64,000 bases of DNA from an uncultured delta proteobacterium. Lineage in GTDB: Bacteria; Desulfobacterota; Syntrophia; Syntrophales; UBA5619. Where the stretch lies: NCBI GenBank assembly GCA_963817385.1, contig CAWFOM010000010.1, positions 320,001 to 384,000 on the forward strand. The letters run 5' to 3'. How positions within the stretch are numbered: position 1 is the stretch's first letter; every line of letters begins with the position of its first letter. Both the position numbers and the translations under genes were made by a program. Below, one piece after another: positions 1 through 9,963 of the stretch. Below the pieces are notes generated by a model. The model was not told the origin of the DNA. It ran no database searches and was given only the letters and a program-made list of their open reading frames with translations.

Positions 1-1
1 G

Positions 2-481
2 GCAAGCATCATCGCCGGCATTCTGATTTTCATCTTCATGGTCTTTTACTACCGGATGACCGGACTTATCGCCGACGTCGCCCTGGCCATGAACATGCTG
101 CTCCTGCTCGGCGTCATGGTTGCCTTCAAGGCGACGCTGACCCTCCCCGGCATCGCCGGCATCGTGCTCACCATCGGCATGGCCGTGGACGCAAACGTCC
201 TGATCAACGAACGGATCAGGGAGGAGCTCCGGCTGGGGAAGACGCCGCGGGCGGCCATCGAGGCCGGCTATACGAAGGCCTTTTTGACGATCTTCGACTC
301 CAATGTGACGACCCTCGTGGCGGCGCTCTTCCTCTTCGGCTTCGGCACCGGTCCGGTTAAGGGATTCGCCGTTACGCTGACCATCGGCATCGTCGTCAGC
401 ATGTTTACCGCCGTTTTCGTCACGCGGATCATCTTCGACTACTTCGTCTGGAATCGAAAGATCCAGGCGATCAGCATTTAG
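2..481 (+). CDS. secD: Protein translocase subunit SecD, C-terminal part (truncated by window start)
   Basis: Motifs [37 protein letters not shown] and [12 protein letters not shown]; directly upstream of secF. Confidence 0.97.
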   Translation, partial: ASIIAGILIFIFMVFYYRMTGLIADVALAMNMLLLLGVMVAFKATLTLPGIAGIVLTIGMAVDANVLINERIREELRLGKTPRAAIEAGYTKAFLTIFDSNVTTLVAALFLFGFGTGPVKGFAVTLTIGIVVSMFTAVFVTRIIFDYFVWNRKIQAISI

Positions 482-555
482 CGGGGCCCGGGAGGGCCGT
501 TACACCGGTCCGGGACGAAGACGTCCGGCGCCTGTATGTTTTTGAGGAGAATGGT

Positions 556-1464
556 ATGGAAATCATAAAAACGGAAACCCATTTCGATTTTGTCAGGCTG
601 ATGAAACCCGCGGTCATCCTGTCGGTCGCCGTGATCGTCATCGGCATCGCCTCCCTGATCTGGCACGGGGGGCCCAATTACGGCATCGACTTCGCGGGCG
701 GCTCGCTGATCCAGATAAAGTTCCAGGAGGACCCCAACGCCGACAAGATCAGAAGCGCGCTCAAACCGATGGGCTTCGAGGGAAGCATCATCCAGAAGTT
801 CGGACCGAAGGAAGTCATCGTCCGGACGGCCGAGTCCGGTGCGGACCCCAAGGGGCTTACCTCCCGCGTCGACGAGGCGCTCACCGCCGCCTTCGGCAAG
901 GGCGCCTACGAGGTCCGGCGGATCGAGGTGGTCGGCCCCAAGGTCGGAAAGGACCTGACGCGGAAGGCCATCCTGGCCATCATCTTTTCCTGGATCGGCA
1001 TCCTGATCTACGTGGGGGTGCGCTTCGAATTCCGCTACGCCCTGGGCGGGATCATCGCGCTCGTCCACGACGTCTTAATCACGATCACTTTCCTCTCGGT
1101 TTTTGGCAAGGAGTTCGATCTCAACATCGTGGCGGCACTCCTGACCATCATCGGTTATTCGATCAACGATACCATCGTGATCTTCGACCGGATCCGGGAG
1201 AATACGCGGAAGAACATCAAGATGTCCCTGTTCGACATCATTAATGTAAGCGTGAATCAGACGCTCAGCCGGACGATCCTGACATCACTGACCGTTTTTA
1301 TGGTCCTGCTTATCCTGTTTGTTTTCGGAGGGGCGGTCATCCACGATTTCACCTTCGCGCTCCTGGTGGGTACGGTTGCCGGCGTCTATTCGACCGTCTT
1401 CATTGCGAGCCCGATCGTGCTTCTTTTCGAGAAGATCAAACCATCGAGCATGAAGAGGAAGTAA
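556..1464 (+). CDS. secF: Protein translocase subunit SecF
   Basis: GIDFAGG, VGPKVG, HDVLIT, GYSINDTIVIFDRIRE, SRTILTSLT motifs; GAGGAG RBS. Confidence 0.97.
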   Translation: MEIIKTETHFDFVRLMKPAVILSVAVIVIGIASLIWHGGPNYGIDFAGGSLIQIKFQEDPNADKIRSALKPMGFEGSIIQKFGPKEVIVRTAESGADPKGLTSRVDEALTAAFGKGAYEVRRIEVVGPKVGKDLTRKAILAIIFSWIGILIYVGVRFEFRYALGGIIALVHDVLITITFLSVFGKEFDLNIVAALLTIIGYSINDTIVIFDRIRENTRKNIKMSLFDIINVSVNQTLSRTILTSLTVFMVLLILFVFGGAVIHDFTFALLVGTVAGVYSTVFIASPIVLLFEKIKPSSMKRK

Positions 1465-1468
1465 TAAT

Positions 1469-1981
1469 TTGTCACCCCTAGAGATTGGAGGACTGACCCT
1501 GTTCATCCTGGTGCTCCTGTTCGGCACCTTCTCCGTCCTCTTCGGTTTTCCGGGGACCGCCATCATCTTCCTTGATGCGGCCCTCTATGGCGTCTTCACC
1601 GGGTTCGAGAAGATCGGTCTCAAGATCCTCGTAACCCTGCTTATCCTTTCGGCGCTCGCGGAAATCGCGGATTTTGCCGTAGGCATGGCGGGCGCCGTGA
1701 AATTTGGCGCTTCCCGGAAGGGATTCTGGGCCTTTTTGATCGGGGGGATTGTCGGGGCACTCTGCCTGTCCCCCTTTTTCTTGGGTCTTGGCCTCATCGT
1801 CGGGACCTTCCTCGGGGGCTTCGCCGCCATGGTGACGGTGGAACTGCTCGCCAGAAACCGACTCAAACCGACGCTCCGGGCAGCGTACGGGGCCATCCTG
1901 GGACGTGCGGCGGGAATCTGCGTGAAGGGGTTTTTTGCCCTGATCATGCTCATTATCACCTTAACCAGTATCTATTCGTAA
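1469..1981 (+). CDS. DUF456/YqgC-like membrane protein
   Basis: Hydrophobic 170 aa, PGT motif, Gly-rich KFGASRKG..GGIVG segments; sits between secF and lepB. Confidence 0.7.
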   Translation: MSPLEIGGLTLFILVLLFGTFSVLFGFPGTAIIFLDAALYGVFTGFEKIGLKILVTLLILSALAEIADFAVGMAGAVKFGASRKGFWAFLIGGIVGALCLSPFFLGLGLIVGTFLGGFAAMVTVELLARNRLKPTLRAAYGAILGRAAGICVKGFFALIMLIITLTSIYS

Positions 1982-1991
1982 GGACGAACCG

Positions 1992-2603
1992 ATGAGTAAA
2001 ACGAAATCCAAGCTGCGGGAATATATCGAAGCAATCCTCCTGGCCATTCTGATCGCCTTCTTCATCCGCACCTTCGTCATCCAGGCGTATAAAATTCCCT
2101 CCGGCTCCATGAAACCGACCCTCTTGATCGGCGACCATATCCTCGTGAGCAAATCCATTTATGGGATCAAGCTGCCCTTCATCCGTTCCACCGTCATCCC
2201 CATCGGAGAGCCCAAACGAGGGGACATCGTGGTCTTTATCTATCCTGAAGACCGCTCGAAGGATTTCATCAAGCGGCTCATCGGCGTTCCCGGCGATACC
2301 ATTGAGGTCCGTAACAAGAAGATCCTCCTCAACGGGCTTCCCTTCGATGACGTTCACGGGGTCCATTCGGACAGCATCATCATTCCCGGATCGGTCCAAC
2401 CCCGCGACAATTTCGGACCGGTCAGAGTGCCGGAAGGCTCCATCTTCGTCATGGGGGACAACCGGGATGAGAGTTACGACAGCCGTTTCTGGGGGTTCGT
2501 CAACATGAAGGACGTCCTGGGAAAGGCCCTGATTATCTACTGGTCATGGAACCAGGAGGAGTACGGCGTTCGCTGGAGTCGGATCGGCACCGTTCTTCGC
2601 TAA
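1992..2603 (+). CDS. lepB: Signal peptidase I
   Basis: IPSGSMKPTLLIGD, FIKRLIG and MGDNRDESYDSRFWG catalytic boxes. Confidence 0.98.
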   Translation: MSKTKSKLREYIEAILLAILIAFFIRTFVIQAYKIPSGSMKPTLLIGDHILVSKSIYGIKLPFIRSTVIPIGEPKRGDIVVFIYPEDRSKDFIKRLIGVPGDTIEVRNKKILLNGLPFDDVHGVHSDSIIIPGSVQPRDNFGPVRVPEGSIFVMGDNRDESYDSRFWGFVNMKDVLGKALIIYWSWNQEEYGVRWSRIGTVLR

Positions 2604-2631
2604 AAAACGAAGGATTCGGATTCCCCAACCT

Positions 2632-2666
2632 GTAAACGAGCGCCGGCCCTCTTGGTGCTCGTTTAC
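2632..2666 (+). terminator. Stem-loop after lepB (possible terminator)
   Basis: GTAAACGAGCGCC...GGTGCTCGTTTAC inverted repeat, followed by ccatttt. Confidence 0.5.
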
Positions 2667-2691
2667 CCATTTTCAACGGCCATCTTTTGGC

Positions 2692-2719
2692 TTGACACAA
2701 TCCGGTCATTCAGTATAAA
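2692..2719 (+). promoter_or_regulatory. sigma70-type promoter of the pyr operon
   Basis: TTGACA-N16-TATAAA. Confidence 0.6.
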
Positions 2720-2745
2720 GACTACGCCATCAGCGGTTGGTACAG

Positions 2746-3418
<673 letters not shown>

Positions 3419-3486
3419 TCCATGAATCTTCGCCCCGCAGGGGAGACCTCCCTGCCGGTGCGATCGCCTACATTTGAGGTTGAATC

Positions 3487-4413
3487 ATGAAACTCAGCAG
3501 AAAAGACATCCTCGGTATTCAGGATTTCTCCGTTGAGGAGATCAATCTTGTTCTCGATACGGCGGAGTCCTTCATCGAGGTCTCCACCCGGGAGATCAAA
3601 AAAGTCCCCACGCTGCGCGGTAAGACCGTGATCAATCTCTTCTACGAGGCGAGCACCCGGACGAGGACCTCCTTTGAGATCGCCGGCAAACGGCTGAGCG
3701 CGGATACGATCAACATCTCCGCTTCGACCAGCAGCATGGTCAAGGGAGAAACCCTGATCGACACCGCGAAGAATCTGGAAGCGATGAATCCGGATATCAT
3801 CGTAATCCGCCACAGCGCCGCCGGGGCGCCCCACATGCTGGCGAGACTCCTCAGGCAGTCGATCATCAATGCCGGCGACGGGGCCCATGAACACCCCACG
3901 CAGGCGCTTCTGGATCTGATGACGATCCGTTCCAAAAAGGGGCGGATCGCCGGACTTCAGGTAGCCATCGTCGGCGATATCGCCCACAGTCGCGTTGCCC
4001 GTTCGAACATCCACGGCCTGATCAAGATGGGGGCGCAGGTCCGCGTAGCGGGTCCGGCCACCATGCTCCCCCGCGACATCGAAAAGATGGGGGTCCGCGC
4101 CTATACCAAGATCGATGAGGCCATTCGTGAAGCCGATATCATCATGATGCTCCGTATCCAGACCGAACGGGAGAAGCACAACATCTTCCCTTCCCTGCGT
4201 GAGTATGCCCAACACTTTTCCCTCAACTCCCGGAACATCAACCTGGCCCGGGAGGATGTCCTGATCATGCATCCGGGACCCGTGAACCGCGGGGTGGAGA
4301 TCTCTCCGGATATCGCGGACGGGCCCCGTTCGATCATCCTCGATCAGGTCACCAACGGCGTAGCGGTCAGGATGGCGCTTCTCTATCTGTTATCAGGAGG
4401 CAGCGATTCATGA
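3487..4413 (+). CDS. pyrB: Aspartate carbamoyltransferase catalytic subunit
   Basis: [42 protein letters not shown]. Confidence 0.98.
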   Translation: MKLSRKDILGIQDFSVEEINLVLDTAESFIEVSTREIKKVPTLRGKTVINLFYEASTRTRTSFEIAGKRLSADTINISASTSSMVKGETLIDTAKNLEAMNPDIIVIRHSAAGAPHMLARLLRQSIINAGDGAHEHPTQALLDLMTIRSKKGRIAGLQVAIVGDIAHSRVARSNIHGLIKMGAQVRVAGPATMLPRDIEKMGVRAYTKIDEAIREADIIMMLRIQTEREKHNIFPSLREYAQHFSLNSRNINLAREDVLIMHPGPVNRGVEISPDIADGPRSIILDQVTNGVAVRMALLYLLSGGSDS

Positions 4414-4537
4414 CGGCTTCGGAAAAAGTCCATATGCGGCGTTGCGCTTCCCCCTTCGTCACTGCGGCGTACGGAACAGTACGCCTCATTCCTCAGGAGT
4501 CGCGCGCCTTGCCTCTGGCTCTTTTTCCGAAGCCGTC
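4412..4537. repeat. 126-bp palindromic intergenic repeat element (REP/MITE-like), copy 1
   Basis: Perfect 17-bp terminal inverted repeat GACGGCTTCGGAAAAAG / CTTTTTCCGAAGCCGTC; inner GCGTAC-N6-GTACGC hairpin; homologous copy at 12263-12387. Confidence 0.85.
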
Positions 4538-4567
4538 CAACAATTTACCCAGTCGAGGATATCATTC

Positions 4568-5854
4568 ATGACTCTCTTACTGAAAGGCGGCCGGTTGGTC
4601 GACCCTTCCCGGAAAACGGACGGCAAGATGGACCTGCTTATCGAAGACGGAAAAATCGTCCGAACCGGGAAGAACCTCCTGAAGGAGGGAACCCCTTCCG
4701 ATGCGGAGGTCATTGACCTCCACGGCAAGCTGGTCGTCCCCGGCCTGATCGATATGCATACCCACTTGCGGGAGCCGGGATTCGAATACAAGGAGACGAT
4801 CGCCTCCGGAAGCGAGGCCGCCGTCGCGGGCGGCTTCACCTCCATCGCCTGCATGCCCAATACCGACCCCATCAACGACAGTCGGTCCGTAACCGAATTC
4901 ATCCGCAGAAAGGCGTTGGAGTGCGGCGTTGCGAACGTCTATCCTATCGCGGCAATCAGCATGAAGTCGGAGGGAACGACCCTTACCGAATTCTGGGACC
5001 TCAAGGAGGCCGGCGCAGTCGGTTTCTCGGATGATGGGAAACCCGTCATGAATGCCGCTCTGATGCGCCGGACGCTCGAATACGCCTCTTCGCTGGATAT
5101 GCCGGTCATCGTCCACTGCGAGGATAAAAACCTCTCCTCCGGAGGGGTGATGCACGAGGGCGCCGTGGCCACCGAACTCGGCCTGGCCGGCATCCCTGCG
5201 GCAGCGGAAGACGTCATGGTAGCTCGGGATCTCCTCCTGGCAGAATTTACCGGGGCACCCGTGCACATCGCCCATGTGAGCACCGCCGGGGCGGTCCGCC
5301 TTATCCGGGAAGCCAAGGCCAGAGGTGTTTGCGTGACCGCGGAAACCGCCCCCCACTATTTTTCCCTGACCGATGAGGCCGTCCGGGGGTTTGACACCAA
5401 CGCCAAGGTTTACCCGCCCCTGCGCGGCGCGGACGATGTCACCGCCGTCCGCGAGGGGCTTCGAGACGGGACCCTCGATGTGATCGCCAGCGATCATGCG
5501 CCCCACGCCAGGACTGATAAGGAGGTAGAATTTGACTATGCCGCGAGCGGCTTGACGGGTCTCGAAACCTCACTCGCCCTCTCCCTTCGGCTCGTTGCGG
5601 ACGGCGTCCTGTCGCTTTCCGGTCTGCTCGAAAAGCTGTCCCTCCGTCCGGCCGAGATCCTTCGCATCCCCAAAGGCACCCTCGCCGCCGGCGCCGACGC
5701 CGATGTCACCGTCATCGATCCGGAACGGGAATGGACCGTCGACCGCCGACTCCTCCGCTCCCGCGGCAAAAACTCCCCCTTTCACGGCTGGGTCCTGAAG
5801 GGGAAGACGGTCCTGACGATCGTCGGCGGCGTCGTTCGCTACCGCGACCGGTAA
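4568..5854 (+). CDS. pyrC: Dihydroorotase (type I)
   Basis: PGLIDMHTHLREPG, MPNTDP, FSDDG, HCED, ASDHAPH; start moved to ATG 4568 after GAGGA RBS. Confidence 0.96.
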   Translation: MTLLLKGGRLVDPSRKTDGKMDLLIEDGKIVRTGKNLLKEGTPSDAEVIDLHGKLVVPGLIDMHTHLREPGFEYKETIASGSEAAVAGGFTSIACMPNTDPINDSRSVTEFIRRKALECGVANVYPIAAISMKSEGTTLTEFWDLKEAGAVGFSDDGKPVMNAALMRRTLEYASSLDMPVIVHCEDKNLSSGGVMHEGAVATELGLAGIPAAAEDVMVARDLLLAEFTGAPVHIAHVSTAGAVRLIREAKARGVCVTAETAPHYFSLTDEAVRGFDTNAKVYPPLRGADDVTAVREGLRDGTLDVIASDHAPHARTDKEVEFDYAASGLTGLETSLALSLRLVADGVLSLSGLLEKLSLRPAEILRIPKGTLAAGADADVTVIDPEREWTVDRRLLRSRGKNSPFHGWVLKGKTVLTIVGGVVRYRDR

Positions 5855-5863
5855 GAAAAGTAA

Positions 5864-6658
5864 ATGAACGCCAGGACGCAACATCGGACGGAGGCGATCG
5901 TCCTTCGCCTCCTCGATTACGGAGAATCGGACCGGATCGTAACATTCTTCACTGCCGGGTACGGAAAGATCAGGGGGATCGCCAAGGGTGCGAGACGCAG
6001 CCGCAAGCGGTTCGCCAACGTCCTCGAACCCTTCTGCTGTTCGCATCTCCTCTTTTCCCGCCGGGGGCCGGACAGCCTGGCTCTGATCGACTCTTCCGAG
6101 GTGATCTCTCATTTTCCCCTCATCCGCGCGGATCTGGAAAAGACGCTAAGCGCCTCCTATCTGATCGACCTGACTGATCAGTTCACCCCGGACGATAAAA
6201 AAAACGAGGCGCTATTCAAGCTCCTGCACGATTTTCTTTTCTTGATCGAAGAACGCCCCGCCGCTGAGTCGATCCTCCGCTTCTTCGAAATACGCCTCCT
6301 GAAGCTCTCCGGATACGACCCGGTGCTGGATCATTGCCTGGTGTGCAAAAAACCGGTCGAACAAGAGACCCTCTATCGGTTCATCGCCGCCGACGGCGGC
6401 TTGACGTGCGCCGGATGCCGGCCCGCGGGCGCAGGCGGCATCCCCGTCTCCTTGGGAACGATCCGGACGCTCGTGTTGGGACGGGAGGCGCAAATCGACC
6501 GGCTGGGCCGCATCCTTCTTTCGGGGCAGTCCGCCGACGAAAGCCGGCAGCTCCTGGCCCATTTCATCCGACACATCCTCGGACGTGAATTGAAATCGCT
6601 TCACGTGCTAAATGAAATCCGGCGGCTGTATATCTCGCGCGCCCCAAATGGCTATTGA
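5864..6658 (+). CDS. recO: DNA repair protein RecO
   Basis: AIVLR..DYGESDRIVTFFT..GKIRGIAKGARRS; CxxC...CxxC zinc finger; conserved recO-glyQS order. Confidence 0.95.
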   Translation: MNARTQHRTEAIVLRLLDYGESDRIVTFFTAGYGKIRGIAKGARRSRKRFANVLEPFCCSHLLFSRRGPDSLALIDSSEVISHFPLIRADLEKTLSASYLIDLTDQFTPDDKKNEALFKLLHDFLFLIEERPAAESILRFFEIRLLKLSGYDPVLDHCLVCKKPVEQETLYRFIAADGGLTCAGCRPAGAGGIPVSLGTIRTLVLGREAQIDRLGRILLSGQSADESRQLLAHFIRHILGRELKSLHVLNEIRRLYISRAPNGY

Positions 6659-6745
6659 CACCCGCGGGCTACCGTGTTAAGAACCCGACCGGAAAATTTG
6701 TCGTAAAATCAAGAAATAACGTGATCCCGATTAACAGGAGGAGTT

Positions 6746-7618
6746 GTGACCTTTCAGGAATTGATCTTCGCCCTCGAGCGCTACTGGGCCTCTCAGGGAT
6801 GCGTGATCCAGCAGCCGTATGACATCGAGGTGGGCGCCGGCACCTTCAACCCGGCCACCTTTCTCCGGGCTCTGGGACCGGAACCGTGGCGGGTGGCCTA
6901 TGTGGAACCATCCCGGAGACCCACGGACGGCCGCTACGGAGAAAACCCGAACCGTCTCCAGCACTACTACCAGTACCAGGTCGTCATGAAGCCCTCGCCG
7001 CCCAACATCCAGGAGCTCTACCTCGACTCCCTCAAGAGCTTCGGAATCGATCCGTTGGAGCACGATATCCGTTTCGTGGAAGACGACTGGGAATCGCCGA
7101 CGGTCGGCGCCTGGGGACTCGGTTGGGAGGTGTGGCTCGATGGAATGGAGATCTCCCAGTTCACCTACTTCCAGCAGGTCGGCGGATTCGATTGCCGGCC
7201 CGTCAGCGCGGAGCTGACCTACGGTACCGAGCGGATCGCGATGTACATCCAGGGGATCGACAACGTCTACGACCTCGAATGGACAAAGGGGATCAAGTAC
7301 GGGGATGTCCACCACCAGAGCGAGGTGGAGTGGTCGGTTTACAATTTCGAGACCGCCGACATCGGGGAGCTTCGCAAGCGCTTCGACATGTACGAGGCCG
7401 AGGGGACCCGGGCGGCGGAAAAAGGGCTGGTGCTGCCAACCTACGACCACTGCCTGAAGTGTTCCCACACCTTTAACCTGCTCAATGCGCGCGGGGCGAT
7501 CAGCGTGGCCGAGCGGACGAGCTACATCGGCCGTGTCCGGAACCTCGCCCGGCTCAGCGCGGAGGGCTATCTCCGCCAACGGGAAGCAATGGGCTACCCC
7601 CTTCTCAACAGGGCATGA
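6746..7618 (+). CDS. glyQ: Glycine-tRNA ligase alpha subunit
   Basis: [61 protein letters not shown]. Confidence 0.99.
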   Translation: MTFQELIFALERYWASQGCVIQQPYDIEVGAGTFNPATFLRALGPEPWRVAYVEPSRRPTDGRYGENPNRLQHYYQYQVVMKPSPPNIQELYLDSLKSFGIDPLEHDIRFVEDDWESPTVGAWGLGWEVWLDGMEISQFTYFQQVGGFDCRPVSAELTYGTERIAMYIQGIDNVYDLEWTKGIKYGDVHHQSEVEWSVYNFETADIGELRKRFDMYEAEGTRAAEKGLVLPTYDHCLKCSHTFNLLNARGAISVAERTSYIGRVRNLARLSAEGYLRQREAMGYPLLNRA

Positions 7619-7676
7619 CCGGGAAACGGAAGGGATACTTACCGCATAAAGACAGCATAGCGATTGGAGAACATTG

Positions 7677-9768
7677 ATGGGCACGGAACTGCTGCTCGAA
7701 ATCGGAACCGAGGAGATCCCGGCCGCCTTTCTGCCGAAGGCGCTCACGGATATGGACGAGATCATCCGCAAGGAGCTCGGCGCAAACCGCATCCGCCATG
7801 AAGAGATCCGGACATTGGGAACGCCCCGCCGCCTCTTCCTGGCCGTTGCCGGCGTCGCCGAACGTCAGGACGACCAGGTGATCGAAAAACTGGGCCCTGC
7901 GAAAAGGGTTGCCTTCGACGCGGCGGGAAATCCTTCCAAGGCGGCTCTCGGCTTCTGCCGGGGGCAGGGGCTCGACGTGTCGCAACTGGAGACGGCTCTC
8001 ACGGATAAGGGAGAGTATCTCTGCGCCAGAAAGAAGATCGCCGGCGAGGCGACGGAAGGGCTCCTCCCCGCGATCCTGACGAAGCTCATCACCGACATCC
8101 CCTTCCGCAAATCGATGCGCTGGTCCGATCTGGAGGTCCGGTTTGCCCGGCCGATCCACTGGATCCTGGCCCTCTTCGACGGCCGGGTCGTCCCCGTCCG
8201 GATCGGAAACATTGAAAGCGGCGCCACCAGCCGCGGTCACCGCTTCATGAGCCCCGCCTCATTTACCGTCGCCAACCGGGAGGAGTACCTGACGAAAACC
8301 CGAGAGCATTTCGTCATCGTCGATCCCGCGGAGAGGAAGAAGATCATCCTCGAGGAGACCGACAAGGCGGCGGCGGCCGTCGGGGGCACGGTGCTCCGCC
8401 ATGAGGCGCTTCTCGAGACCGTCACGTTTCTCACCGAATATCCGACCGTCGTCTGCGGGAGCTTCGATCGGGAATACCTGCAACTCCCCCGGGAGGTCCT
8501 CATCACCACGATGATCTCCCACCAGAAATATTTCCCGGTGTTGGACGCAACGAGCGGCAATCTCCTGCCCCATTTTCTCACGATCAACAACACCCTCGCC
8601 CGCGACCCGGCGGTCGTCAGACGCGGCAATGAGAAGGTGATCCGCGCCCGTCTGGCCGATGCGCGTTTTTTCTTCGAAGAGGACCGGAAGATACCTCTCG
8701 AGAACCGTGTCGAGGGTCTCAAAAAGGTCACCTTCCACACCCTCCTCGGCAGCTCCTACGAAAAGGTCATGCGTTTTCGGAAGCTCGCCGCCTGGATCGC
8801 CGGCCGCATTGAACCGTCTCATAGCCCACGGACCACCTTGGCAGCACACGTCGACGAGGCGGCACTGCTCGCCAAGGCCGATCTGGATACCCAGATGGTC
8901 GGCGAGTTTGCGGAACTGCAGGGGATCATGGGGCGCGAATACGCGCTTCTCGAAGGCAGAGACCCGATCGTGGCAAAGGCCATCTACGAACATTACCTTC
9001 CCACCGGTGCGGGCGGTGAACTTCCCGAATCCGACGAGGGGGCGATCGTCAGCATCGCCGACAAGATGGATACGATCTGCGGATTCTTCGGCGTCGGCCT
9101 GATCCCGACGGGAACAGCCGACCCCTATGCCCTGCGCCGCCAGGCCCTCGGCATCATCAACATCATCCTGAAGAAACGCTACCCGCTTCCGCTCGACGCC
9201 CTGATCGACGAGAGCCTCGCCGTCCTCGGCGGGCTTCTGAATCGCCCCGCCGATGAGACGAAAGCCGATATCCTGGAGTTCTTCCGGGGCCGGTTTGAAA
9301 ATCAGCTCCTCTCCCAGGGCCACCCCTACGACGTCGTGGACGCTGTGCTCGCTACGGGAATCAATGATCTCGTGAAGGCGGAGGCGAAGATCCGGGCGAT
9401 GGAGGAGTTCAAATCGGATCCCGACTTTGCACCGCTCGCCGTCGCCTTCAAACGGGTTGTCAACATCATCCGGAACGCGGAAAAAGGTGAGCTCGCCCGC
9501 GAGCACTCACTGCACCGAAGAGCAGGAGCTCCACGAGGCCTTCCTGACAATCCGCCAGATCGTCATGAATCGCTCGGCCGAGGGGGACTATCGGGCCGCA
9601 CTCATCGCGCTGGCCAAGCTTCGCAAACCCGTAGACGCCTTTTTCGAGCAGGTCCTGGTCATGGCGGAAGACAGGAAACTCCGCTGCCACCGTCTCGCGC
9701 TGCTCGAAGAGATCTCGTCTCTCTTCCACGATTTGGCCGACTTCTCCAAGATCGTGACCGAATCATAA
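7677..9768 (+). CDS. glyS: Glycine-tRNA ligase beta subunit (frameshift near 9500, probably sequencing error)
   Basis: LLLEIGTEEIPA, TPRRL, MRW, RARLADARFFF, EFAELQGIMG, DPYALRR; C-terminal VDAFFEQVLVMAED..RLALL..ADFSKI is in a second frame. Confidence 0.95.
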
Positions 9769-9963
9769 GACATCCGTGACGCAGCCCCGTTTCTCTCCTT
9801 CTCGGAGTCGTGCCATCGCCCCGGAAGGTCTGCCCTATCCTAACGGCCAAAGTTCTTATTGAATTTATTTTAAATCTGTTTTAGCCTCTGCCGCTGATGA
9901 TGCTCATCAATTTCATTGTCGTCTTGCATAATACTCGGCGTCATTCACATAACGGAGAACGGA

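Noticed and set aside
4442..4567. 42-aa N-terminal extension of PyrC
   Set aside because: It is the translated palindromic repeat; the real start with RBS is 4568
6659..6745. T-box riboswitch before glyQS
   Set aside because: Spacer too short, with no T-box motif or terminator
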